Below, piece after piece: positions 8,152-16,936 of a stretch of 26,154 nucleotides of DNA. Source of the DNA: a virus. Its lineage: Duplodnaviria; Caudoviricetes. How positions within the stretch are numbered: the first letter of the stretch is position 1; each line of letters opens with the position of its first letter. Made by a program: the position numbers and the translations under genes. The stretch lies in IMG/VR virus record IMGVR_UViG_3300028377_000051, positions 1-26,154 of that record; one strand, 5' to 3'. Under the pieces are notes generated by a model. The model was not told the origin of the DNA. It saw nothing but the letters and a program-made list of their open reading frames with translations, and did no database searches.

Positions 8152-10980
8152 TTAATTTTTATTTACTACATCGCCAAATGTTTTGGCTCTTATAGCTTCT
8201 CTTTTTATTTGGTTGTTTTCTCTTTTTATTCTTAACTCTTCCATTTTAGCTTTAAGATTACCTATAGCTACTTCATTTTTCTGGTTTTGATCTTGCTCTT
8301 TAAGCTCTATTTTTTTAACTTCGTTTTGACTTTTAGCTTCATCTTTGAGATACTGTGATGCTACTTTACCCACGGCTTCAGAGTCTCCATTTTCTTCATT
8401 CCTATCTTTGACTTTTCCTACTGTTTGAATATGCGCCACCTCTAGCCTATTATCAAGCTCTTCTTTTTGTTTTGTTAGTTGGTATTGTCTTTCTTTTTGT
8501 GTTCTTTCTGCTTCAGCTTGATTATTTCTGTCTACTAAGTCTTTTTCGTGATTTCGTTTTATTTCGTCTTGTTGTAGCCTTTGTCTTTGAGATTCTTTTA
8601 GTATTCCGTTTACTTTGGAAAAGCTGTCAGATGTAATTACTTCTGCTATATCAGATAAATCATTTTGTATAGCATTATTTCTTAATAGGTAACTTTTGAA
8701 CTGTTCTAGCTCTTTCTTTCTTTTAGAGTCGGCCACTGGTAGCAGTCCAAATTGTCTTAAATGAAAGTTATCATCACTAAACACTTGTCTTACTAAAGCT
8801 ATCTCTTCATCAGAACTTGTAAACCCTAAACTTATATCTTTTTCGTCTACTTGACAGTGTTGTGTTATAGCTAAACCTATTTCTAAATCTTTTAACCTAG
8901 AGTTGTCCATCTTCTCAAAGATATGCTCTATTTGAGAGAAAGAGTTTTGTTGACCTAGTTTTATTCCTTCTGCTGTTGCATACTCAGAAGGTGTTTTCAT
9001 ATCTTGGTTAGTGATACCAATTTGTTCCAACGCCAAGCTTTTATAGTATTCAGCTAATTGCATTTTTTGTTGTATCTGTGGGACAAAGGATATATCTTGT
9101 GCCATCATTGAGTTGAACTGTTGGCCTGAACGTCCTCTCATATTCTGTTTGGACATATCTAAAGGTACAAGGCCTACATCTCTAGCCATGTCAGTTACGT
9201 TAAGTAAAATTTCTCTTGCATCTCCCATACCATCAAACTCCGAAGGAAGCAAGCTTATATCAAATAACCAAAATATACCTATTTCTTTCTCTGTTAGCGA
9301 GTGCATGAGGTTCATTTGATAATTGTATTCTACTTGGTAAGGTCTTATTTTTTTAGCCTCTGAGTTTGTTATAATACCTGTTACAGGAAGTTTAACATCA
9401 TATATATTAGATTCTCCTCCTTTAATCTGTAAAGGCATTGGTTCTACTCCTAAATATAAATCTTTTTTAAGTATTGAGTTGGTTCCTGCAGCTTTTACTC
9501 CTTTCCATACTCTAGGTGCATACGTCCATACTATACTGTTTGGCTCTAATGTACCGTTGTCGTGCTCGTTAATAAATTCTTGTAAACTTTTATTAGTTAC
9601 TTTATTTATGTCGAATTCTTTTAAGAACTCTTGGTCTAGTTCATCTGTAACCCAATCTAAACTCGTTATACCTGATTCATTTTCTCTATATATTAGACCT
9701 ATCTTATCCCAAGACCTCCAATAAGCTTGTACAACTCTTATGGTGTCTTCTCTTACATCAATATCTCTTCTTAAGAATTTAGATATGTTGTATAGTCCTG
9801 TATTTTGGAAATCATAATTGGGAACCCACGCATCTCTTGTTCTTTCATTACCATCTGCGTCATAGAAAGTTTCTTCACCTAAAGGCATGTTTAATGCTGA
9901 CTGCAATTCTGTTGTAGATTGTCTGTCATAGTAGTTTTCATCTGGAACTAATACTGTGTCCCCTGTGAAAGCGTCTTCTATTCCTTTACCAGGTTTTTTG
10001 TTTAATGTGTCAGAGCCTCCACCTGCATAGTCAAAAGCATTAAGAATTTCTTTAATGTCTTTCTCCTTCATTAGATGTCCAAACTTGTTTACAAACTTTG
10101 AAGGTGACATCTCTTGTATGTTACCTACGTACTCACCGTCTTGAGGGTATTTTATATCAGCGTCTTCTGAAAAGAAAGTTTCAACTGGATGCCATCTTTC
10201 TGGCATGTAGTAATCGTGACCTATGAAATAATGTTTGAAGTATCTACCTGTAAGAAAAAAGTCTTTAAAGTGCTCTCTTTCCATTTCATCAAGAGAATAC
10301 CTTTTTCTATCTCTAGCTAGTACATTTTGAGCCCACTTTGCAGCTATCGGTTTCCATTGGGTACTCATAGCTGTTTTAATATCAGGAGGGGTATCGTATT
10401 TTTGTTTTTGTTGTTCTAAAAACTGTAGATACTGTTGCTTTTCTTCTTCTGACTTAAACTCTTTTTGTAGTGTGACACCGTTTCTAAGAAGTCTTAATTC
10501 CAATTCAGTACTGAATACTTTTTGTGTAAACTCAAATATTCTGTTTGAAAATTCTCTGTCGTACTCATTTTTACTTACATCATCAAAAAAGTTAACTACA
10601 AACTTATGTTTTGTATCGTTGTATTTTCCTTGTAAGTGTTTTGTTATTTGTCCTATTAAATCAAAATGCCTTACATAAGAAGGTATGTCGGCTTTCTGCC
10701 TTATATCGGCTACGTTCTTTAGTATTTCTGGTTGTTCTTCATAATCTGTATAAGCTAGGTCTCCTTCAACCATTCTATAGTACTCGTCATAAATAATGTT
10801 TTTTCTTATTTGTGTTAGTCCTATTTCTTCTAGCCTATCTAAATTATCTTTAGCAAACTTTTCTTTCTTTCTATAAGAGGGCAACGCTTGAGGAGGTAAA
10901 GAAGTAGATATTCTACTATTATCTCCTAAGCCTTTGTATACGTTATTATATAAATTACCCGAATCGGATCCTAAAGACAT
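8152..10980 (-). CDS. Portal protein (crAss-like)
   Basis: 942 aa directly after terL; N-terminal LPPQAL motif, PYQVEYNY segment and long C-terminal coiled-coil, as in crAss-like portals. Confidence 0.88.
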   Translation of the reverse strand: MSLGSDSGNLYNNVYKGLGDNSRISTSLPPQALPSYRKKEKFAKDNLDRLEEIGLTQIRKNIIYDEYYRMVEGDLAYTDYEEQPEILKNVADIRQKADIPSYVRHFDLIGQITKHLQGKYNDTKHKFVVNFFDDVSKNEYDREFSNRIFEFTQKVFSTELELRLLRNGVTLQKEFKSEEEKQQYLQFLEQQKQKYDTPPDIKTAMSTQWKPIAAKWAQNVLARDRKRYSLDEMEREHFKDFFLTGRYFKHYFIGHDYYMPERWHPVETFFSEDADIKYPQDGEYVGNIQEMSPSKFVNKFGHLMKEKDIKEILNAFDYAGGGSDTLNKKPGKGIEDAFTGDTVLVPDENYYDRQSTTELQSALNMPLGEETFYDADGNERTRDAWVPNYDFQNTGLYNISKFLRRDIDVREDTIRVVQAYWRSWDKIGLIYRENESGITSLDWVTDELDQEFLKEFDINKVTNKSLQEFINEHDNGTLEPNSIVWTYAPRVWKGVKAAGTNSILKKDLYLGVEPMPLQIKGGESNIYDVKLPVTGIITNSEAKKIRPYQVEYNYQMNLMHSLTEKEIGIFWLFDISLLPSEFDGMGDAREILLNVTDMARDVGLVPLDMSKQNMRGRSGQQFNSMMAQDISFVPQIQQKMQLAEYYKSLALEQIGITNQDMKTPSEYATAEGIKLGQQNSFSQIEHIFEKMDNSRLKDLEIGLAITQHCQVDEKDISLGFTSSDEEIALVRQVFSDDNFHLRQFGLLPVADSKRKKELEQFKSYLLRNNAIQNDLSDIAEVITSDSFSKVNGILKESQRQRLQQDEIKRNHEKDLVDRNNQAEAERTQKERQYQLTKQKEELDNRLEVAHIQTVGKVKDRNEENGDSEAVGKVASQYLKDEAKSQNEVKKIELKEQDQNQKNEVAIGNLKAKMEELRIKRENNQIKREAIRAKTFGDVVNKN

Positions 10981-11003
10981 GTGGCAGTTATGTTAATTTT
11001 ATA

Positions 11004-11035
11004 CAAAAATAGTTATATTATTTGGTAAAACCAAA
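11004..11035 (-). promoter_or_regulatory. Bacteroidota sigma-A promoter for portal
   Basis: Minus strand TTTG (11035-11032)-N20-TATTTTTG (11011-11004). Confidence 0.8.
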
Positions 11036-11053
11036 ATTGTTAAACTTTATGTG

Positions 11054-13771
11054 TTACCAAAGCCTACCTTTTCGTCTACTTTCTGGAAACATTCCTCTTT
11101 TCCTAGAGTTTGTTTTTTTCTTATCTAGCATTTGTTTTTTTCTCTTTTTTTCCTCTTCCGTCATAGGTTTATCTGGTGCTTGACCTGTGACAGTTAAATA
11201 ATAGTCATAGCCATAAGCTGACATAAGCGCCGTTAAACCGTCGAAATTACCTCCTGGTCTATAATTTATCATTTCGTCTAATAATCTGACGTCATTTATC
11301 AGTCTTTCAAATTTATACCTAGTTCTTATCTTTCCTTCTAAATCTTCGTAGTCTTCCTTCTTAGTTAATATTTTAAACATTATATTAAAAATATAAGCTT
11401 TATTTTTAGTTGTAGGTTGCCAACCGTATTGTCTTCTTTGATTTGCATCGTAGTTTACATCTCCTAAGAAGTCTACGCTTTTAAGTATATATTCGTCTGT
11501 TACTTCTAATCTGTCTGTAAATTCTTTGAACCCCATATCGGCATTCTCCATAAATACAGGGCCATTATATAGTTCACATAATAGCTTACCTTGCTCATGG
11601 AGTTTACCGTGAGGGTCAGGTCTAGAATGGTATGTGGCTACAACCTTCTCTGTATCCCTCCTTATGACAACAAATGAACCTACAGAGTCTGAACTTGCTT
11701 CTTCTTGTTTGTAGTCATCTAGTCCTACTATACAAAATTCAAAAGGAGCATTAGGTAAAGGATCTTCATAAATTGTAACAGGTGAGTCATGAAATCCTCC
11801 TGCGTAGGGAAAATCTGCTACCTCTTTTGATGTTAGGTCGTATTCTACCTTTTGAGTTTTTTCGTTAAAGAATAACTCTACATTTTTTCCAACGTTACCT
11901 TCTTCTATTATCCTTTCTTTGTGTCTTATTAAAGCTTCTTTTGGAAAAGGGTTTTCTTTACCTGACAAAAATATTTCTTCGGGATCTATTGGGTAATAAG
12001 CTTTTTCTTTGTTTAAAGATTTTTTATCATCTTTAATAGCTTCTCTATCTTTTAATATTATATCAATGGACTTATCCCACTGCGTTACCATTATTTTCAT
12101 GGGTTTTATTGCTTTTGTTTCCTCTATACCCAAATATTCGGCTAAACCTATTTCTCTCTTAACCATTCCTGTTTTTGAACTCATTTGTGCAGGAATATAT
12201 GTACCAAAATCCCTTCTCTTCCAAGTTATGTATTTCTCGGGTATATTTCTTTCTAGGGCTTTCCAATCCATCACATGAATATTATATGACTCTGGTTTTT
12301 TAAGCATCAGGTGGGCATCTTCTGTAAGCTCTTCATTTGCGGAACCTGTACCACTTAAAATGGGTACTAACCTTTTACCGTAAGGTGAGTCAAACGAAGG
12401 TTTTGCCCCATCTAATTGTGTCTTGAATGGACTTTTCATAGCTTCATCAAGAACAAAAGCATTAGGCGTAAAACCTGCTAAAATTTCAGATTTTTTATCT
12501 GCACCACTATCTAAGTTTATTACAGCTAGAAAGCAAGGGTTTATGTTTTTTTGGTTTTTCTTTTTTACTCCAAGTCTAACCATCTTAGACCAATCGTTAG
12601 TAATATTGGGATAATAAAATGCAGGATTTGAATGAAGCATTGTTTTTTTAAAGTTTTTTTCTATCTGCCCTAAATCTTTTGCTGAACCTCCTGCAACTAC
12701 AAGCTCTCCACCTTTATCAAGCGCAGTCCACTGTAGCAATGAAGATATAAGAGTAGTCTTAGCCGCCCTCCTAGTCGCACATAAAAAAAGCATTTCATCT
12801 AACTTTTTTGCTTTTACAAAATTGTCTTGTATAATAAACCACTCGTTATCTCTTAATGGCGGATTCATTATTACATCCTTAGACGAAAAACTACCATCTA
12901 ACTCTTCCACCTCTGTAGGTATGTCTGTTTTAAACACGTTTAGATGTGAATACATCCAAGGGGAAATAAATACACTTCCTAGCTTTATCCCTCTCCTTAG
13001 TTTTTTAAATTCGTCAACATAGAATTGTAGTGTTTTTTTATCTTGTTCAAAATAATGTTTGTCTGGATTCCATACAGGTGGATTTTTTACATGTATTAAC
13101 ATTTCATTTTTAGGAGGTGAATCGAAATCTATTCCTAATGTTTCCACATACTCTTTTATATGGGGGTATTCAGCCTCTACGGCATCTCTCATAGCAAGAG
13201 GTGCTTTCGAATTACCATGTAACTCTAAAAGACTGTGTTCTTTATCTTGATTTAAGTCTAGCTTATTTATTTTATCGGATATATCAGACTTATCTCCGTA
13301 AAGCAAATTGTCAAATTCTATGTCTTCCGACTGAAAATCTTTTTCAGTTTTTTCTGAAGAATCACTGGTTTGTTTTAATTCAAGAGAATCACTATTTCTT
13401 ATATAATTATCAACTCGTTTTAAGTGACATTCTATTAGGTCAACCATTTTGTCAACCATATTATCCACAGATTTAGACTTGCCTATATCTGATTCAACTA
13501 CCGAGTGGAAGTGTTTTAGGCGGTCTACTATAGTTTTTACAATCTTAGCTTGTATTTTATACTCTGATTCTTTGCCTTCGTGTAATAGTACGTAAGCTCC
13601 TTTTTGTTTGACCTTTACATCTTTTACATAATAATATTTAGATGTAGATATATTTCCTTCAGTATCTTTATTTAATACAGGTATACTCCAATCATTTTCT
13701 TTGAAATACTTTTTGTATTTCTCAACTTGAGGCTTGTTGTCTTTTATAAAGCTTTTTACAAAATTATCCAA
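11054..13771 (-). CDS. terL: Terminase large subunit with long N-terminal extension
   Basis: Walker A ATRRAAKT, Walker B FVLDEA, motif III SGTG, RNase H-like nuclease IVGLDDY...DSVGSF...FDGLTA; TTG start. Confidence 0.92.
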   Translation of the reverse strand: MDNFVKSFIKDNKPQVEKYKKYFKENDWSIPVLNKDTEGNISTSKYYYVKDVKVKQKGAYVLLHEGKESEYKIQAKIVKTIVDRLKHFHSVVESDIGKSKSVDNMVDKMVDLIECHLKRVDNYIRNSDSLELKQTSDSSEKTEKDFQSEDIEFDNLLYGDKSDISDKINKLDLNQDKEHSLLELHGNSKAPLAMRDAVEAEYPHIKEYVETLGIDFDSPPKNEMLIHVKNPPVWNPDKHYFEQDKKTLQFYVDEFKKLRRGIKLGSVFISPWMYSHLNVFKTDIPTEVEELDGSFSSKDVIMNPPLRDNEWFIIQDNFVKAKKLDEMLFLCATRRAAKTTLISSLLQWTALDKGGELVVAGGSAKDLGQIEKNFKKTMLHSNPAFYYPNITNDWSKMVRLGVKKKNQKNINPCFLAVINLDSGADKKSEILAGFTPNAFVLDEAMKSPFKTQLDGAKPSFDSPYGKRLVPILSGTGSANEELTEDAHLMLKKPESYNIHVMDWKALERNIPEKYITWKRRDFGTYIPAQMSSKTGMVKREIGLAEYLGIEETKAIKPMKIMVTQWDKSIDIILKDREAIKDDKKSLNKEKAYYPIDPEEIFLSGKENPFPKEALIRHKERIIEEGNVGKNVELFFNEKTQKVEYDLTSKEVADFPYAGGFHDSPVTIYEDPLPNAPFEFCIVGLDDYKQEEASSDSVGSFVVIRRDTEKVVATYHSRPDPHGKLHEQGKLLCELYNGPVFMENADMGFKEFTDRLEVTDEYILKSVDFLGDVNYDANQRRQYGWQPTTKNKAYIFNIMFKILTKKEDYEDLEGKIRTRYKFERLINDVRLLDEMINYRPGGNFDGLTALMSAYGYDYYLTVTGQAPDKPMTEEEKKRKKQMLDKKKTNSRKRGMFPESRRKGRLW

Positions 13772-13788
13772 TTCTTATTTTTTTTGTG

Positions 13789-13820
13789 TAAAGATACTAC
13801 AACTAAATTAATTGTTAAAA
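13789..13820 (-). promoter_or_regulatory. Probable sigma-A promoter variant for terL
   Basis: TATCTTTA at 13796-13789; the -33 position reads TTTT; lies just downstream of a terminator. Confidence 0.5.
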
Positions 13821-13838
13821 TGTGTTAAACATTTAATC

Positions 13839-13864
13839 AAAAAACCGAGGTGGTGTGCCTCGGT
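13839..13864 (-). terminator. Intrinsic terminator upstream of terL
   Basis: ACCGAGG-loop-CCTCGGT followed by a T run on the minus strand. Confidence 0.85.
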
Positions 13865-13920
13865 CTAAAAGTGTTTGTACAGTTGTTTAATTTTACGTAT
13901 ACGATTATGCTTTTGAAATT

Positions 13921-14385
13921 TTACCCTTTTAAATTATCAGAAAGCATCTTCATAATAGCATCGTATTGAGGTGATTCTTTTATTTCGTTGATTGCTTTCT
14001 CTTGCGTTCCATTAATTCTTTCTTCTAAGCCATCTTCTGTTGGCACAAAAGTTAGTTTTCGTTTAGACTCTTTTAATTTTTCAACTTTCTCTATCAAGTC
14101 TTCATCCAACTTATCTTTTATGTCTAGTGTTGAAGTAAGAGAATATAGTGCAACTAGATCTTGTACAATAGATCTTACGTCTTGCATTTTGATTTGATAA
14201 CCAAACATAAGAAATTCCATTTCTTCTTGAAACTCTTCAAAGCTTTTTCCTTTCTCTAAGGATTTTGCTATTTCTTTTTTCTTTTTTTCTACCTCTTCTC
14301 TTTCTTTGTCGAAAAATTTAGCGTAGTCTTGGTAATCTTTAAACACCGCTTGTATTCTATCTATAATTTTATCTTCAGTTGTCAT
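13921..14385 (-). CDS. Hypothetical helical protein
   Basis: 154-aa ORF, operon-coupled with the upstream gene. Confidence 0.75.
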   Translation of the reverse strand: MTTEDKIIDRIQAVFKDYQDYAKFFDKEREEVEKKKKEIAKSLEKGKSFEEFQEEMEFLMFGYQIKMQDVRSIVQDLVALYSLTSTLDIKDKLDEDLIEKVEKLKESKRKLTFVPTEDGLEERINGTQEKAINEIKESPQYDAIMKMLSDNLKG

Positions 14386-14590
14386 TTTCTACGATTTTTG
14401 CTTTTTCTATTTTGTTTAATATCTGTGAGTCTGTCTTTTCTAATAGTATGCTTACATTTCTATTTTCTTCTTTACCCATAGGTCTACAAAAACTGTAAAG
14501 GATTTGTCCTAATGTAAGATCTTTTCTCTCGTGAATAAACTCTGATAGCTCTGCTATAAAAGCTACTCTTTCTGCTGTATTTTGTTGCAT
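14375..14590 (-). CDS. Hypothetical protein
   Basis: 71 aa; overlaps neighbours (TAATG coupling at 14590). Confidence 0.7.
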   Translation of the reverse strand: MQQNTAERVAFIAELSEFIHERKDLTLGQILYSFCRPMGKEENRNVSILLEKTDSQILNKIEKAKIVENDN

Positions 14591-14892
14591 TATTTTATTT
14601 TTCCTGTTAGTTTTATATCTATTTTATTTTCTCCTTCAAATATATATACGTGTTTAAGGATCCTGCCTAATAAACTAGTATTATAGTTTATAAATATCAT
14701 ATTATCTTTTACCCAAGCTTTCGTACATCCTCCACAAGAAGTTTTTACTTTTATATCTTCACTATCTGTTTCAAACTTTAGTTTCAGGTCTGGGTCAGAT
14801 TTATGTTTTATATCCCCAAAGTCTAGGTTATAATTCAAGTTGTCTATTTTGGTTAGAGTTGACATCTCTGGTTTTAAGTTCTCTAGTTTCAT
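14590..14892 (-). CDS. DUF1573-like Ig-fold protein
   Basis: LDFGDI...VKTSCGGCT...INYNT...G.I.K.V.I...I.LTG pattern typical of the Bacteroidota DUF1573 domain. Confidence 0.6.
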   Translation of the reverse strand: MKLENLKPEMSTLTKIDNLNYNLDFGDIKHKSDPDLKLKFETDSEDIKVKTSCGGCTKAWVKDNMIFINYNTSLLGRILKHVYIFEGENKIDIKLTGKIK

Positions 14893-15284
14893 TTTATATT
14901 TAATTGTTTTAATAATTTTTTAAGTTCTGATTTGTTTTTGATACTTCCTGCAAATGACACTTCAGATTCTTCATCACTTATAATCCATCTCCAATCTTTT
15001 TCATTTTCTTTATATAACCAATATCTTTCATTTTTATAGTCGTACCAATTATTATGAGCCATAGACTTTTTAAAACCTAAACTTTCTATATCTTCTTTGT
15101 CTAGGTATTTAACTAATGGTTCATTTTTTATTATTTCATAAAAATCTGTAACTCCTTGATAATCTCCATAATTTAACTCATCTTCTTTAATTACATGAAT
15201 TATTCTTTTATTGAAATGATTATAAGTAACTTCAAATCCAACATGAAACTCTTCTATTTCTGGTGTGTAATATTTATTTTTCAT
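14889..15284 (-). CDS. Hypothetical phage protein
   Basis: 131 aa; KYYTPEIEEFHVGFE...KYLDKEDIESLGF...IKNKSELKKLLKQL, recalled as recurrent in Bacteroidota phages. Confidence 0.75.
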   Translation of the reverse strand: MKNKYYTPEIEEFHVGFEVTYNHFNKRIIHVIKEDELNYGDYQGVTDFYEIIKNEPLVKYLDKEDIESLGFKKSMAHNNWYDYKNERYWLYKENEKDWRWIISDEESEVSFAGSIKNKSELKKLLKQLNIK

Positions 15285-15564
15285 GTATGTCCCATTTTAT
15301 TTCTTTTCCTATGTTTTCTAAAGAGCAATACTCATCTTTTATTTTGGTTTTAAATATTATTCCACAGTTGCAAATTGTGCATTGATTATTAAAACCGTTT
15401 AAAAAATACCACCAATAGTCTTTAAATGTACGCTCGCTTAACTTTTTGTTTCCAAAGTTATATTTGCACCCATTGCATATTTCACGCCTCTTACGTACCC
15501 ATTTTGGCACTTTCTGGTTATACATAACCCTAGACATAAGTATCCTTTTAAGTTTTTCAATCAT
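15274..15564 (-). CDS. Small Cys-rich putative Zn-binding protein
   Basis: RREICNGC...CTICNC...KT...EYC...W. Confidence 0.7.
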   Translation of the reverse strand: MIEKLKRILMSRVMYNQKVPKWVRKRREICNGCKYNFGNKKLSERTFKDYWWYFLNGFNNQCTICNCGIIFKTKIKDEYCSLENIGKEIKWDIHEK

Positions 15565-16037
15565 TTGATGTTGTTTTGAATTTCTTCTGTTTCTTTTGAA
15601 CTAATCTTTCTTCTTTTTATAGCTCTTCTTAAGTTTTGTATTATTGGTGGAAAGAGATGTTTTTTACTTACATTTTCTTTTGGTCTATACAGTTCGTACT
15701 CCATTTTTATATCATCGTATCTCTGCTGCCATACCTCAACCTGTTTTTTTATGACTTCTTTTGCCTTATCTGAAATATTTTCATAATGGAGCATATTCTT
15801 TTTAACAGTTTTTATTTTGTTTGTATCATAAAGATGGTAGTAAGCCCTACCTATAGGGTAAAGGTTTATAGCACAGTAAGGCTCTTCATTAAATACTTTC
15901 TTTGTATTTTTAGCTGAAAACTCATAAACTCTTTTTAGTTGATGTATGTCTGTTTCTACCCCTTCCTCTTTTAGTATCTCCAAGGCTTTTTCGAATACAT
16001 CTTCATCGTAAGCAACCCCGCTATTAAATTTACTCAT
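15561..16037 (-). CDS. Hypothetical protein with possible HU/IHF-like N-terminal domain
   Basis: Two helices followed by a beta strand with INLYPIGRAY, reminiscent of HU/IHF; crAss-like phages are known to encode IHF-like genes. Weak call. Confidence 0.45.
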   Translation of the reverse strand: MSKFNSGVAYDEDVFEKALEILKEEGVETDIHQLKRVYEFSAKNTKKVFNEEPYCAINLYPIGRAYYHLYDTNKIKTVKKNMLHYENISDKAKEVIKKQVEVWQQRYDDIKMEYELYRPKENVSKKHLFPPIIQNLRRAIKRRKISSKETEEIQNNIK

Positions 16038-16404
16038 CTGTGTGTATAAATCCTATAGTGAATATTCTGTTTCTTTTTTTGAATAGTTGTTCTTGGCAGT
16101 TTAATAGTTCGTCTGATAGCCTTTTTTTATGTGTTTTTGGGTCAATAATTAAATAGCCATTGTTTTTCAACATATTAATTATGACTCTTACATAACTGTT
16201 TTTAATTTGTTGAGATAAAGAAAAAGTAAGACTTTTTTCGCCCTCTTTAGAGTAACCATAAACCAAAAAATAAGCAAGTGCTTCTTTGGCTCTCTCAACC
16301 AAAGTATGTTGTGGAGGTTTAGCTATCATATATATTTGTAGAAAACTTTTTGCCAAGTCTATTTTGTTATCAAACTTCAAAGGTATACCGAATTGTTTAG
16401 CCAT
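16030..16404 (-). CDS. Hypothetical protein, possible winged-helix DNA-binding protein
   Basis: First gene of the leftward operon; NSYVRVIINMLKNNGYLII resembles a wHTH recognition helix and wing. Confidence 0.5.
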   Translation of the reverse strand: MAKQFGIPLKFDNKIDLAKSFLQIYMIAKPPQHTLVERAKEALAYFLVYGYSKEGEKSLTFSLSQQIKNSYVRVIINMLKNNGYLIIDPKTHKKRLSDELLNCQEQLFKKRNRIFTIGFIHTDE

Positions 16405-16423
16405 GCTATATAATTATATATTG

Positions 16424-16455
16424 CAAATATATATTATTTAATTGTTAACTCCAAG
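16424..16455 (-). promoter_or_regulatory. Leftward sigma-A promoter
   Basis: Minus strand CTTG (16455-16452)-N20-TATATTTG (16431-16424). Confidence 0.75.
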
Positions 16456-16485
16456 CATTTTAACATTTAATTTTGATTAGGAATC

Positions 16486-16527
16486 TTTAATTTATTTGGT
16501 GGTTATATTTATTATGATTATATTTGC
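16486..16527 (+). promoter_or_regulatory. Rightward sigma-A promoter (42-bp repeat copy 1)
   Basis: TTTG 16495-98, N20, TATATTTG 16519-26; 37/42 identical to 16892-16933. Confidence 0.85.
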
Positions 16528-16547
16528 TCACAACAAAAATTAAAACC

Positions 16548-16814
16548 ATGAAAGATTCAAAACTTAATATACATGAATTTTTTGACGAATTGCTTTTCTT
16601 AACGGACGAAAACATTTTTTCAAATATTTACATAGACGAAAATATAGAATTTTTTAAAGAAATAAATTTATATTTATATGAGCATTATTTAGAAGATAGA
16701 ATGACTCTAAATTTAGCCTCTAATATTTTAGAAAGTTTCATAAAGTCGATGCTCAAACATACTCCAAGTTTACATAATGTATTAAGAGACGATTTTGGAA
16801 ATATAGAAGAATAA
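16548..16814 (+). CDS. 88-aa acidic hypothetical protein, monocistronic
   Basis: ATG at 16548 after an A-rich leader (the track's TTG start at 16524 lies inside the promoter); own promoter and terminator. Confidence 0.75.
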   Translation: MKDSKLNIHEFFDELLFLTDENIFSNIYIDENIEFFKEINLYLYEHYLEDRMTLNLASNILESFIKSMLKHTPSLHNVLRDDFGNIEE

Positions 16815-16820
16815 TTTTTG

Positions 16821-16839
16821 AGTAGTAGTAGTAGTGATT
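16821..16839 (+). repeat. (AGT)5 microsatellite ending in TAGTAGTGATT
   Basis: AGTAGTAGTAGTAGTGATT in the 3' UTR; shares 11 nt with the capsid-leader motif. Confidence 0.7.
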
Positions 16840-16845
16840 TTTGAC

Positions 16846-16880
16846 AGGCCTCCTTATTTTAAGGGGGTTTTTCTTTTTTT
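16846..16880 (+). terminator. Intrinsic terminator
   Basis: AGGCCTCCTTA-TTT-TAAGGGGGTTT stem followed by TTCTTTTTTT. Confidence 0.85.
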
Positions 16881-16891
16881 GTAAAATAAGA

Positions 16892-16933
16892 TTTAATTTA
16901 TTTGGTAGCTATATTTATTATTGCTATATTTGC
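16892..16933 (+). promoter_or_regulatory. Rightward sigma-A promoter (42-bp repeat copy 2) driving the non-coding region
   Basis: TTTG 16901-04, N20, TATATTTG 16925-32. Confidence 0.85.
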
Positions 16934-16936
16934 ATT

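Noticed and set aside
5182-13771. Introns or inteins in terL, portal or MCP
   Set aside because: The ORFs are continuous and I see no intein terminal motifs or homing endonuclease inserts.
357-14197. + strand ORFs in the track overlapping the structural genes (e.g. 357-767, 1305-1628, 12009-12278)
   Set aside because: Antisense shadows of well-supported minus-strand genes, with Ser/Phe/Leu-rich composition and no initiation signals.
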